Origin: a virus
IMG/VR virus record: IMGVR_UViG_3300035002_000022
Location: 6,192-70,191 of that record
Direction: 5' to 3' (one strand)
Length of the DNA: 64,000 bases
Shown here: positions 1-8,778 of the stretch, in pieces
Layout: each line of letters begins with the position of its first letter
How positions within the stretch are numbered: position 1 is the first letter of the stretch
Program-made: the position numbers and the translations under genes
The notes under the pieces: model-generated
What the model was told of the DNA's origin: nothing
The model's database searches: none
The model's input: only the letters and a program-made list of their open reading frames with translations

Positions 1-4
1 ATCG

Positions 5-439
5 CTAAACCTCCAAAGCGCGATCGCTAATCTTCTGCCCCAACTCAGCCACCTTCAGCCGTGCTGCTGACTCTACCTGCTGAGCGGTCGCTTTTACTAA
101 CAGCGAGGCACGATCGCGCTGCTCCTTTAACACCCCTTTTACCGCCGCCACTGCTGCCTGAATCTTGTCAGTAGCAACCTTCTCAAAATCTTCATACTGC
201 CAATCGGCATGAGCTTGCGCCCATTGATGAATTGCTTTCGCTCCATCGATCAACAAGAGGATCGAGGCGATGCTGAGCAAGATTGTGGTGACTGCTGCAC
301 GTCTGATCGTGCGGTAGATGGACTGGGCGCGATCGCTTGTCACTGCTGCATAAACTTGTTCGCCGATTTCCCAAGTGCGGGAGACGAGTGCGATCGTCTT
401 GGCTGTGAATGGATGAGTGAGTTCTGGAAGTTGAATCAT
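5..439 (-). CDS. hypothetical protein with one hydrophobic segment and a helical C-terminus (early leftward operon)
   Basis: 144-aa ORF; hydrophobic stretch AAVTTILLSIASILLLI; GGAG upstream of ATG. Confidence 0.55.
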   Translation of the reverse strand: MIQLPELTHPFTAKTIALVSRTWEIGEQVYAAVTSDRAQSIYRTIRRAAVTTILLSIASILLLIDGAKAIHQWAQAHADWQYEDFEKVATDKIQAAVAAVKGVLKEQRDRASLLVKATAQQVESAARLKVAELGQKISDRALEV

Positions 440-469
440 GATGTTCTCCTTATGAAGTGGTTGGAGTGG

Positions 470-616
470 TTAGGCAGCGAGAAAAATTAGCGCTTCATCC
501 AGGTCGTCAGCCTCCCAGATTTCCATTCCGTCCCAAATGTCACGGATGGAAGCAAAGCCTGTCGCAACGTCGATAACGATGTAGCAGTAGTCGTGAGTGA
601 AAGCGGCGATAGACAT
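470..616 (-). CDS. small acidic hypothetical protein (48 aa, below the ORF-track cutoff)
   Basis: Read by hand: ATG 616 to TAA 470, MSIAAFTHDYCYIVIDVATG...IFLAA; GAGG upstream; first gene after the leftward promoter. Confidence 0.5.
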   Translation of the reverse strand: MSIAAFTHDYCYIVIDVATGFASIRDIWDGMEIWEADDLDEALIFLAA

Positions 617-619
617 GGC

Positions 620-745
620 GGAATCCTCGATCGTTTACAAAACGCCCATCATTCAGGGCTGCTGTAAACAGCGGTGTTTTTATTCCGGGTCGCCTCCGGT
701 CTTTCGCTGCCGCTTGAAGCGCCGGGGCGTTGGGTCGAACCCATG
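620..745 (-). ncRNA. structured 5' leader RNA (several hairpins)
   Basis: On - strand: TGGG-TTCGA-CCCA, CGCTT-c-AAGCG, CAGCG[CCGG..CCGG]CGCTG and GTTTACA[GCCC..GGGC]TGTAAAC stems, starting just after the -10 box. Confidence 0.4.
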
Positions 746-751
746 TCTCTA

Positions 752-781
752 ATAGTAATACCACCAATAGTAATACGTCAA
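752..781 (-). promoter_or_regulatory. sigma70-type leftward promoter overlapped by AATAGTAATAC operator-like repeats
   Basis: TTGACG (781-776), 18 bp, TACTAT (757-752); AATAGTAATAC occurs twice and related boxes extend to about 885, divergent from the XRE gene. Confidence 0.55.
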
Positions 782-898
782 TAAAAGTAGTATTACATTA
801 AGTGATACTATTGTGCTTGTTGTATAAGCTATATCTATTACGATAAGTAGCACAAAAGAAAGTAGTACCACTTATAATAGTAGGAGACGTTTACGGTA

Positions 899-1105
899 AT
901 GCCAGTGGAAATCAGATTGAAGCAAGTCAGGGAGGCAAAAGAGATCTCACAAAATGAGTTGGCTAGACGTATAAAGATGTCTCCGCAAAACATTCAAAAA
1001 TTAGAGCAAGGCAGAGCTAAAGGCGTTCAGCTAGATACGCTTGATATGCTTTGTGATGCGCTTGATTGTGAAATCCAAGATATTTTGGTGAGGATTAAAA
1101 AATGA
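899..1105 (+). CDS. XRE/Cro-family HTH regulator
   Basis: IRLKQVREAKEISQNELARRIKMSPQNIQKLEQG is a typical XRE HTH. Confidence 0.9.
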   Translation: MPVEIRLKQVREAKEISQNELARRIKMSPQNIQKLEQGRAKGVQLDTLDMLCDALDCEIQDILVRIKK

Positions 1106-1614
1106 TAGCTGCAGATGCATTGGCAAAGTATCCATACAATTCAACGCAATGGGAAGAGCTTGGTTTTAAGTCAAAACTAGACTTGGAGATGGTTTTGAAG
1201 CTTTCGCCTTCTAGCTATGGCTCTGACTACATGGAGGCGATACTTGTAACAGATGAAAAAGTGACAATGTTCAACGATTTTGCCAAGCAGTACCTTTTGC
1301 TATGGCATCAGTCTTGTCTCAAGGTGAAGCAAAAAGAATCAAGCACCAAACCTGGTACAAACGGGTTTGACTCAGTTTATTTTTTGTTTGATGACCTTAG
1401 ACAATCAATAAAAATTGGCACCACCATTTGCGTAAAACAAAGAGTTAAAGATTTGCAAGCGGGCACATCGGCAAATCTTCAGTGCCTAAAAGTAATAAAA
1501 GGTGGCAGGAGGAAAGAGCATCAATTGCATAAAAAATTTGCACATTTGCATATTAGGGGCGAGTGGTTCAAGGCGACTCCAGAACTACTGAGCTTTATTG
1601 AGGAATGCAAATGA
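1102..1614 (+). CDS. GIY-YIG (T5orf172/Mug113-like) nuclease-domain protein
   Basis: C-terminal IKIG..RVKDLQ..EHQLHKKFAHLHIRGEWF motif. Confidence 0.75.
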   Translation: MIAADALAKYPYNSTQWEELGFKSKLDLEMVLKLSPSSYGSDYMEAILVTDEKVTMFNDFAKQYLLLWHQSCLKVKQKESSTKPGTNGFDSVYFLFDDLRQSIKIGTTICVKQRVKDLQAGTSANLQCLKVIKGGRRKEHQLHKKFAHLHIRGEWFKATPELLSFIEECK

Positions 1615-1711
1615 CTGTCAGCACATTAGGACTGACAACATCAAAGAAATTAGACGGTTGTGGGGTCAGAAGAAGGGCAGTAGACAGAAGTTGTTAGGGG
1701 AGGGTTAAGCC

Positions 1712-1957
1712 ATGAGTAAATTGCAGGTATGCGTCAAACCGTGCAGCCAATGCCTGTTCAGCCGATCGCGCATCGTCTCAGCAGAGCGCAAGGCTGAAGT
1801 GCTGACAGAGTGCCGCAGTAGCGATTCACACTTTGTCTGCCACAAAACGGAAAGCGCTGTGTGTGCAGGGTTCTACAAGCGGTTCGATACCAACCTGATT
1901 CGTGTGATGGGTAGGTTAGGAGGATTGGAATTTATTGAAGGAGATCAAAAGCCATGA
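1712..1957 (+). CDS. Cys/His-rich putative Zn-binding hypothetical protein
   Basis: PCSQCLF...FVCHK...VCAGF; ATGA overlap with the next gene. Confidence 0.6.
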   Translation: MSKLQVCVKPCSQCLFSRSRIVSAERKAEVLTECRSSDSHFVCHKTESAVCAGFYKRFDTNLIRVMGRLGGLEFIEGDQKP

Positions 1958-2439
1958 GCAGTAAAACAACAGAGATTTTGGCAGTAGGCACGATCGCCAC
2001 TTGGACATCGCAAGCGGCTGGCACGGTTGGTCGTAGAGGGTTTGACATCCTCCCCGCTAAGGCTAACGAAAGTAAAAGTATTGGAGCAGCAGCCATGAGC
2101 AATCTAATAGAAGCCCTTAAGTCAAGCTGGCAACAGTATCCTCAATTGGCTGAGAAGCCTAAATGCCCTCTTTGTGGGATTCCAGCAATCATCCATTTAG
2201 CGTCGAGCAATGTTACAGATCAGATTGAGATCGAAAAATTGATTGAAAACAAAGGCGAAGTAGAAGCTACGGCTAAAGAAACGTGCGAGTATCGACTGAC
2301 CTTGATTAAAGCTGAATTACAAGACCTTCAGAGCAAGCTAGATAATTTCAACCCGGATAAAGCGGCGTGGGTTGACAGTGATTTACTAGGTGATATTTTG
2401 ACCTACTTAGCAAAAGCGAATGGGGTAAAACTGCCATAA
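1954..2439 (+). CDS. hypothetical protein (CPLC motif, coiled coil)
   Basis: 161-aa ORF coupled to the previous gene. Confidence 0.45.
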   Translation: MSSKTTEILAVGTIATWTSQAAGTVGRRGFDILPAKANESKSIGAAAMSNLIEALKSSWQQYPQLAEKPKCPLCGIPAIIHLASSNVTDQIEIEKLIENKGEVEATAKETCEYRLTLIKAELQDLQSKLDNFNPDKAAWVDSDLLGDILTYLAKANGVKLP

Positions 2440-2454
2440 GCCTGCTTTCCCAGG

Positions 2455-2754
2455 CTAAGCCGTCCACCGCTGCCGCTGCACCTCACTTAATCCTGCCAGC
2501 GGCATCATGGGTGCTTTTGGTTCATCCATCTGACGCAACTCCACAGCAGGCAATGGCTCATCCGATCGCAGTAGCTGATACCCACGCGCTGCACATTCAA
2601 CCTGGGTTTGCATCCCACCAAAGCTCATGCGATCGGGTTGGTAATGCTGCGATAGTCGGTAATGCCTCCAGGTGTGTCCTGGGTCTTGCACGTACAGTTC
2701 TTTTTTGGCATTGGATGATAGAGAGTTGCTGCGCCATTGCATTAAACCGGGCAT
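2455..2754 (-). CDS. hypothetical protein
   Basis: 99 aa; GGAG RBS 7 nt before ATG; TAAAAT -10 box at 2778-2783. Confidence 0.55.
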   Translation of the reverse strand: MPGLMQWRSNSLSSNAKKELYVQDPGHTWRHYRLSQHYQPDRMSFGGMQTQVECAARGYQLLRSDEPLPAVELRQMDEPKAPMMPLAGLSEVQRQRWTA

Positions 2755-2791
2755 AGGTCAAGCTCCAAGTTTTTGCCATTTTAGCGGATGA

Positions 2792-3020
2792 GTCGGCAAC
2801 CCCGCACTGAAGTGACGGGGCTTCAGGCGCAAGCCTAAGCCATGCTGACCAGATCACTCGCAAGAGTAGCCGTTAGTGGAGTCACGACACCCTGGGATGC
2901 GTGCTAGTCCCCTGCTCTGTCGCTGTCAGTTAAACAGTTCTAAGGTCACTGGAACAGTGCTTTCAGCCTAACAAGCTCCACTAACAAGATCGAAGCAAAC
3001 ATTACATTCCCATAGAAGAG
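2792..3020 (+). ncRNA. omegaRNA (HEARO-like) scaffold of IscB
   Basis: Upstream of iscB; ACACCCTGGGATGCGTGCTAGTCCCCTGCTCTGT and AACAAGATCGAAGCAAACATTAC segments resemble HEARO/omegaRNA. Confidence 0.75.
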
Positions 3021-3028
3021 ACGCTCCA

Positions 3029-4303
3029 ATGTCTAACTTTGTTTTTGTCCTCGACACCCACCACAAACCGCTCAACCCTTGCAAACCAGGAGTAGCGCGT
3101 TCACTCTTAACCAACGGGAAAGCTGCCGTTTTCAGGCGCTATCCGTTCACCATCATCCTGAAAAAGTCTGTAGCTGCTGACCCCTTACCCCTCACTCTGA
3201 AGCTCGACCCCGGTTCTAAAACGACTGGTATCGCTTTGCTGTCGGGTGATGCTGTAATCTGGGCGGGTGAACTTACTCATCGCGGGCAAGTCATCAAAGC
3301 GTCTCTAGATTCCCGTCGATCCATGAGACGTGGACGACGCAGCCGCCATACTCGCTACCGTCAAGCTCGTTTCTTGAACCGTACCCGTCCTGATGGTTGG
3401 TTAGCGCCTAGCCTTCGGCATCGGGTGTTGACGACGCTGACATGGGTAAAACGGATTAACCGTTTTACCCATGTCAAAGCACTCTCACAAGAGCTTGTGC
3501 GGTTTGACTTGCAAAAGCTTGAGAATCCAGAGATCAGCGGGGTTGAGTATCAGCAAGGTGAACTTGCTGGCTATGAAGTGCGTGAATACTTGCTCAATAA
3601 ATGGGATCGAAAGTGTACCTACTGCGGCAAAGAAAATGTGCCGCTCCAAGTGGAACACATCCAGCCCCGTGCCAAAGGTGGCAGTAACAGGATCAGTAAC
3701 CTGTGCTTGGCTTGCGAACCTTGTAATACGAAAAAAGGGACTCTAGACATCAAGGTGTTTCTAGCGAAAAAACCAGAAGCCCTTAAACGAGTCCTGGCAC
3801 AAGCAAAACGCCCATTGAAGGATGCAGCAGCGGTTAACTCTACCCGCTGGGCATTGTTCAACGCACTCAAGGCGACAGGGCTACCCGTGTCAGTGGGATC
3901 GGGAGGACTCACTAAGTTCAACCGCACACGTCTCAACCTGCCTAAGACTCACTGGCTGGATGCTGCTTGTGTGGGTGAAACGCTCACACTGACAGTGTTG
4001 ACTACGCAACCGCTGCTTATCAAAGCGACCGGGCAAGGTTCGCGGCAGATGTGCAGAACCGATAAATACGGATTCCCCAGTCGTTATGTCCCCCGGTTAA
4101 AGTTTGTGCAAGGCTTCCAGACTGGCGATATTGTGCAAGCGATTGTCACTACCGGGAAGAAGATTGGCACCTATGCAGGACGTGTGGCTGTGCGTTCTAG
4201 CGGTTCGTTCAACATCTCGGACAAATCTGGCTTGGTGCAAGGCATCAGTTACAAAGCCTGCAAAGTGACGCAACGCAAAGACGGCTATGGCTACGCACTC
4301 TGA
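3029..4303 (+). CDS. iscB: RNA-guided endonuclease IscB
   Basis: PLMP-like start (VFVLD..KPLNPC), RuvC-I DPGSKTTG, Arg-rich bridge helix RRSMRRGRR, RuvC-II ELVRFD, HNH CTYC..EHIQP..NLCLACEPCN, RuvC-III HWLDAAC. Confidence 0.95.
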   Translation: MSNFVFVLDTHHKPLNPCKPGVARSLLTNGKAAVFRRYPFTIILKKSVAADPLPLTLKLDPGSKTTGIALLSGDAVIWAGELTHRGQVIKASLDSRRSMRRGRRSRHTRYRQARFLNRTRPDGWLAPSLRHRVLTTLTWVKRINRFTHVKALSQELVRFDLQKLENPEISGVEYQQGELAGYEVREYLLNKWDRKCTYCGKENVPLQVEHIQPRAKGGSNRISNLCLACEPCNTKKGTLDIKVFLAKKPEALKRVLAQAKRPLKDAAAVNSTRWALFNALKATGLPVSVGSGGLTKFNRTRLNLPKTHWLDAACVGETLTLTVLTTQPLLIKATGQGSRQMCRTDKYGFPSRYVPRLKFVQGFQTGDIVQAIVTTGKKIGTYAGRVAVRSSGSFNISDKSGLVQGISYKACKVTQRKDGYGYAL

Positions 4304-4377
4304 CCGACTTTAATCAGTGTTTTTGTTCTTATTCCGCTTAAAAGACGAGGGTTTCCCAAAGGATTTTTTCACAACAA

Positions 4378-4416
4378 AACAGGGGCGATCGTGTTTAGTG
4401 CGATCGCCCCTGTTTT
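4378..4416. terminator. bidirectional intrinsic terminator between iscB and the RHH gene
   Basis: Perfect 14-bp stem AACAGGGGCGATCG/CGATCGCCCCTGTT with A/T tails. Confidence 0.7.
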
Positions 4417-4431
4417 CTATTGCGACAACCT

Positions 4432-4716
4432 CTAATTGTTTGATTTCAGGCTTTTCAGATAAGCGATTGCTTCATTCTGCTTATCAGATGGCAAAGAATC
4501 TAGCAGCGACTTGATTTCAGACCGGGCTATGGATTCATCCCACCAATTAATTTTGTTGTCTTCCTCAATCAAGATAGGCATTCCACGCTCAACCGCTTGA
4601 GCTAAAACTTCAGCGATCGCTACGTTGGTTTTAGCTGCCAACTTCCGAGCGGCATTGTTTAAGCTGTCGCTAATCCGAATCTTGACTTCGTTTTTTGCCA
4701 CTATCCTGTCTGCCAT
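4432..4716 (-). CDS. ribbon-helix-helix regulator divergent from parM
   Basis: EVKIRISDSLNNAARKLAAKTNVAIAEVLAQAVERG fits the RHH pattern. Confidence 0.7.
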   Translation of the reverse strand: MADRIVAKNEVKIRISDSLNNAARKLAAKTNVAIAEVLAQAVERGMPILIEEDNKINWWDESIARSEIKSLLDSLPSDKQNEAIAYLKSLKSNN

Positions 4717-4820
4717 CTTTAGGTTCCTATTATCTCATTTGAGATGATTTTAACCTGCATCCCCAAAAAGAACCCCTCAAACGGGGTTGACTGAGGGGCA
4801 GATTGTGCTATCTTCAATTT

Positions 4821-4860
4821 GTAACCACAGGTAGCCACTCGTCACCACCTGTCACCACCC
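4821..4860 (+). repeat. parC-like iteron array, 4 x 10 bp
   Basis: GTAACCACAG GTAGCCACTC GTCACCACCT GTCACCACCC in exact 10-bp phase upstream of parM. Confidence 0.75.
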
Positions 4861-4878
4861 GTTGAAATTAGGAGGATT

Positions 4879-5862
4879 ATGGGCGCGACTACGGCAATCA
4901 AGCCAAAGACTGAAAATTTGATCAGGGAGACGGTCGCTTTTGATGGCGGCAATCGCACGATTCAGTGGATTGACGCGCTAGGCATGGTGCATACAATCCC
5001 TTCGTTCATCAAATTCATTGATCCTACTTGGCAGGAGATTCAGCCATCGCACAACAGCGTGGTGATTGAGCACGAAGGACAGACCTTTGTACTTGGGCAG
5101 GCAGCGAAGGAAGAGGACGGCAAGCCTATTTTTGAGGCTGGCAAAATCAGCCTTGCACCGAAGCTTGTACTGGCAGCGTTACAACCGAATCCAGGGGAGG
5201 ACGTTGTACGGATTGAGCGACTATTGCTGGCACTACCAAGCTCTCGTGTCACTGAAGATTTGGAAGTCCTCAAGTCGATCGAGGGTACGCACGAATTTAC
5301 CCGCGATGGGCAGCGTATCGTTGCAACTGTCGGTCGTGTGGTTCCAGTTGATGAAACAAAAGCGGCTCATGCTCGTGCTGTTAAAGATCGGCTCTTCAAG
5401 TCTGATACCAAGCTCAACGGAGTTCTAGATCTAGGTGGGGGCACGGCTATCGCTCGTCTTTATAAAACAGATGGCTCCATCAAGCGCGATATGGATGTTA
5501 TTTTGCAGGGTACTGACGCTCTGGCAGAAGCAATTTCAGCACGAATCAACCACAAGTTAGGGCACACAGCGCAGGCGTGGGCTGTGATGGATGGTATTGA
5601 ACGTGGCGACTACGCAATTGGTGAAAATGGTCAGAGCTTCAAAGATGCATTTGATGACGCACATGCCGAATGGTTGACCAACATCCGGCAGAAGATTGGC
5701 AGTAAGTGGAAGCCGCTAAATCAATCGGGTCAGATTGGTGAAGTGCTCATCATCGGTGGTTCTGCCCCTTTAGCAAAACCACTGGAAGAGTTAACTAAAG
5801 GTCGATTTTTTGTTGCTGATATGCCTCAAGTGATCTCTATTCGTTCCATGCCTCTGCTATGA
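4879..5862 (+). CDS. parM: ParM/StbA-like actin-fold partition ATPase
   Basis: Phosphate-1 DGGNRTIQ, phosphate-2 DLGGGT and adenosine IIGGSA motifs; 327 aa. Confidence 0.85.
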   Translation: MGATTAIKPKTENLIRETVAFDGGNRTIQWIDALGMVHTIPSFIKFIDPTWQEIQPSHNSVVIEHEGQTFVLGQAAKEEDGKPIFEAGKISLAPKLVLAALQPNPGEDVVRIERLLLALPSSRVTEDLEVLKSIEGTHEFTRDGQRIVATVGRVVPVDETKAAHARAVKDRLFKSDTKLNGVLDLGGGTAIARLYKTDGSIKRDMDVILQGTDALAEAISARINHKLGHTAQAWAVMDGIERGDYAIGENGQSFKDAFDDAHAEWLTNIRQKIGSKWKPLNQSGQIGEVLIIGGSAPLAKPLEELTKGRFFVADMPQVISIRSMPLL

Positions 5863-6101
5863 CTTCCCCGCTGCGTGTTCAGTTCTCAGGCGATAAAGCT
5901 GAGTACGCTCGGCATTTGGCTAAAGTCGCTGGTCTTGATGATGATGTTCACCGCTTGTTTTGCCAAATGATGCACTTGTATGGATCTGACTGGGAGAGTC
6001 GATGGGCAGCGGATAGCAACCAGTTCCGACCACCAGCAGCAAGCTTTTCGCCACCGACTGTTGAAGTCGATCTTTCAGTTGATTCGATACCTGGCTTGTA
6101 A
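5859..6101 (+). CDS. ParR-like adaptor
   Basis: 80 aa; ATGA-coupled to parM; RHH-like N-terminus and disordered acidic tail. Confidence 0.55.
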   Translation: MTSPLRVQFSGDKAEYARHLAKVAGLDDDVHRLFCQMMHLYGSDWESRWAADSNQFRPPAASFSPPTVEVDLSVDSIPGL

Positions 6102-6104
6102 CAG

Positions 6105-6144
6105 GTGGCTATACGTCACCACAAGTCACCACTGATAGCCACCT
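6105..6144 (+). repeat. second parC-like iteron array, 4 x 10 bp
   Basis: GTGGCTATAC (inverted) GTCACCACAA GTCACCACTG ATAGCCACCT; same consensus and phase as 4821-4860. Confidence 0.7.
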
Positions 6145-6170
6145 GTTGTTTCGCGTCCTCACCATTAGCC

Positions 6171-6545
6171 ATGTCCAACCACTTAACTAAAGCTTTCCAC
6201 CGTCTGAGCCTGAAAACACTAAGCAGCGCGATCGTTAGTGGTGTTGCTGCTTTCCTTGCCACTGGCGCTGCCACCAATCACTACCTGGAGAACTATCCAG
6301 AAACCACAATTCAGGGGCGTGAGCGCTTTCTGGGTGTGGTGATGACGCACATTGCGCCTTTTGCGGGCTTGACTGCTGTAGCGGCAGTAATCGCCACAGC
6401 CTTAGCCATACCAGAGCGAGATGATGATGCAGTGGTAGCCAAATTCATTGCTCGACAGTTTAATCGAGGCACACTTACGGCTACTGAGCTAGAAGTACTC
6501 AGCAACCTGGTTTCGCTCCGAGAGGATCAAAAAACCAATCCGTAG
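6171..6545 (+). CDS. two-TM membrane protein
   Basis: Probable start ATG 6171 (MSNHL); two hydrophobic helices. Confidence 0.65.
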   Translation: MSNHLTKAFHRLSLKTLSSAIVSGVAAFLATGAATNHYLENYPETTIQGRERFLGVVMTHIAPFAGLTAVAAVIATALAIPERDDDAVVAKFIARQFNRGTLTATELEVLSNLVSLREDQKTNP

Positions 6546-6634
6546 AAAGCCCAGTTTCCCACCAACAACAAGCCTCAAAGACCGATTCTTGCGTTCATTT
6601 AGTGGGACAAATTCAAATCTAGTGGGACATTTTC

Positions 6635-7336
6635 ATGCTTTCAGACACACCAGATTTCGGCTCTCAAAATGGGCACACACCAACTCCACCAACGCCTCAG
6701 CCAAGCGCGATCGCCAAACCCACTTTTTTCAGCAAGCTACTGTTCTTTGGTGCTGTTGGTGGGGCGTTGATCTTACCTCTAGTCACACGTCCCCACCAAT
6801 CACCATCTGTTGCACCAACCCGCGACACGCCAGTAGTGAGGCAGCAACTGAAGGATGGACAGCCTGTAGCACCTGCAACTGATTCTCCTTCAATGGATGA
6901 GTTGATCAGTACGTTAGATAAGGCGGTAGTGACAGGCGATCGTGACTTTGGTTTACTGCTCAAGATTCGGGCTGACCAATTCCAGCGTCAGGCGCAAAAG
7001 AGTAGCAATGCTGAGTATTGGCTGGTGCAGACCTACGTTGCGCAGTACAACCAGTACATCAAAGCCTCCAAGCGCTACGGTTCTCTCTCTGGCGATGCCG
7101 AACAGTTTCAAGTGATCAAAGACTACTTCATCGATTCGCTTGCTTGTCTCTACGCCCTGAGAGCCGTCAAAAAAGGCGAGGCTGTGAGTGGCAAGGCGAT
7201 CGCGCCTAAAGAGTACCTGGACGCTGCCAACGAAGCGATCGCGCAATACTCTCTGATTCTCGGTACAAACTTTCTCAATCCTTCGGTGCCTCAAGATGAA
7301 CCCAAAAGCGATCGCAAGCCTGTTGCTGTTAAGTAG
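6635..7336 (+). CDS. single-TM membrane-anchored protein
   Basis: TM LLFFGAVGGALILPLV between Pro-rich linkers, then a helical domain. Confidence 0.65.
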   Translation: MLSDTPDFGSQNGHTPTPPTPQPSAIAKPTFFSKLLFFGAVGGALILPLVTRPHQSPSVAPTRDTPVVRQQLKDGQPVAPATDSPSMDELISTLDKAVVTGDRDFGLLLKIRADQFQRQAQKSSNAEYWLVQTYVAQYNQYIKASKRYGSLSGDAEQFQVIKDYFIDSLACLYALRAVKKGEAVSGKAIAPKEYLDAANEAIAQYSLILGTNFLNPSVPQDEPKSDRKPVAVK

Positions 7337-8588
7337 CGCTACTCTCACCATGTCTTTGCTGCGTAGTCCGGTAGGGATGTATGCAGGGTTGGCAATGGTG
7401 GGCGGTGCGTATGGCATCAACCGCAAGCACCAGCTCACAAACGGCGATTATGCTGCTGTTTTGCGTGAACCTGTCAATGGCTTTACCGAAGGCTGGCAGC
7501 ACTTATTCGAGACGTTTGCCTTCAGTCGCAAGGACATTGGTGAAGCTCGCAAGTTAATCCAAGTGCAGAACCTGCAAAAAGAACTCAAGACAAATGTGCA
7601 AGCTTGGGTAGAAGCAGAGTCCATCAAAGGCGAGTGGCTAGGCGATTGCATCCGACGATCGTTGTTGGTCTGCGGTGTGAGTGGCGATGGCAAGACTACC
7701 TTTCTGCTGTGGGTCTTAGCCAAGCACTTTGAGATTGTTGCTGATCTGCATGTCACTATCTGCGACTTGGATTATGGTTCGTCGCATGAGGGCAGTGAGC
7801 CGAATTGGTGGTTTAACCTGCCGCGAGGACGCTATATCCGTGCCAGCTACGAAGAAATCCGTGATTCGATTCTGGCTGAATCGGCAGAAGTCGATCGACG
7901 TGCCAAACTGAGCCAGGATCCAATGCAAGTGCGTAACTTCCAATCCAGGCTCTTAGTGATTGACGAGCTGATTGCAGTGATTGACATTGCGCGGTCAAAA
8001 GGTAAAGACGAGTTTGATCCGTTTATCTCTGCCTTTAAAAATATTCTTAACCGTGGACTCAAACAGCGGGTGAAGGTAATCTGCGGTGTGCAGAATTTGA
8101 CCGTGACCGACACCGGGTTATCACTGGCGGCACAAGACTCGTTTAATACGATCGTCCTTCACACATCAGCCTTGAAAAAAGACCCATTGAAGCGCATGGG
8201 TGTTGAAGATGTAGATGCAATGCTTGAACGCGCTAAGGGCATCACAAGGATCCCAGGCTGCGATCGCATTGGTGTTGTGCGGACTAATCAAGAGATCAAT
8301 ATTCGCATCATGCCGTATCTCAGCGTGGACAGCGTTGAGCTTAAGTTGCCAGAAGACGACACAGACCCGCTTGAAGTTTGGCATCAGCAAGTGTTTACAA
8401 CCGCAAAGTTGGCTGAAATTGAACAGCTGGCTGAGCAGTTTTTAGCAAAAGAGATCAAGAGTCCGTTAAGGCAGATTGCGATCGACTGTGGCTTGAAAGA
8501 ACTCCGCAACGCTGACCCGAAATACCAACGGGTGAAGCAGGTCTGGGAAAGTGCATTACAAAAAGTGGGGGTATTGGTTCATGGTTAG
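7296..8588 (+). CDS. membrane-anchored P-loop ATPase, FtsK/HerA/coupling-protein-like
   Basis: N-terminal hydrophobic hairpin, Walker A GVSGDGKT, Walker B LLVIDE, RGLKQRVKVICGVQ motif. Confidence 0.7.
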   Translation: MNPKAIASLLLLSSATLTMSLLRSPVGMYAGLAMVGGAYGINRKHQLTNGDYAAVLREPVNGFTEGWQHLFETFAFSRKDIGEARKLIQVQNLQKELKTNVQAWVEAESIKGEWLGDCIRRSLLVCGVSGDGKTTFLLWVLAKHFEIVADLHVTICDLDYGSSHEGSEPNWWFNLPRGRYIRASYEEIRDSILAESAEVDRRAKLSQDPMQVRNFQSRLLVIDELIAVIDIARSKGKDEFDPFISAFKNILNRGLKQRVKVICGVQNLTVTDTGLSLAAQDSFNTIVLHTSALKKDPLKRMGVEDVDAMLERAKGITRIPGCDRIGVVRTNQEINIRIMPYLSVDSVELKLPEDDTDPLEVWHQQVFTTAKLAEIEQLAEQFLAKEIKSPLRQIAIDCGLKELRNADPKYQRVKQVWESALQKVGVLVHG

Positions 8589-8778
8589 ATTGGTTGGCAC
8601 TTTGGTTATTGCTTCGCTGCTACTGAACCTTCTAGGCTCAGGCACCATCAAACTTTCAGTGGACGTAAGCGGCACGATCAAAGTGCTCTATAACGTCGCT
8701 ACGTTCATTCTGACTGGGCAAACCCGCACGCCCACACCAGAGCAGCGCAACCCAGTACCACCAAACGGGGTTGAGTGA
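8581..8778 (+). CDS. small membrane protein (holin/pilin-like size)
   Basis: MVRLVGTLVIASLLLNLLG; overlaps the ATPase stop. Confidence 0.55.
   Translation: MVRLVGTLVIASLLLNLLGSGTIKLSVDVSGTIKVLYNVATFILTGQTRTPTPEQRNPVPPNGVE

Larger units (their letters stand above)
2792..4370 (+). mobile_element. IscB-type (IS200/IS605 superfamily) non-autonomous element; right end approximate
   Basis: Begins GTCGGCAACCCCGCACTGAAGTGACGGGGCTT, resembling IscB element starts; carries omegaRNA and iscB; no tnpA. Confidence 0.75.

Noticed and set aside
728-748. tRNA gene suggested by GGGTTCGACCC
   Set aside because: Only a T-arm-like hairpin; no acceptor stem, D-arm or anticodon arm could be built
6105-6170. GTG start at 6105 for the 146-aa ORF
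   Set aside because: This stretch is the iteron array; ATG 6171 is the more plausible start
4879-8588. Classical type IV secretion conjugation system
   Set aside because: Only one ATPase; no relaxase, oriT or VirB6/8/9/10-like genes were recognised
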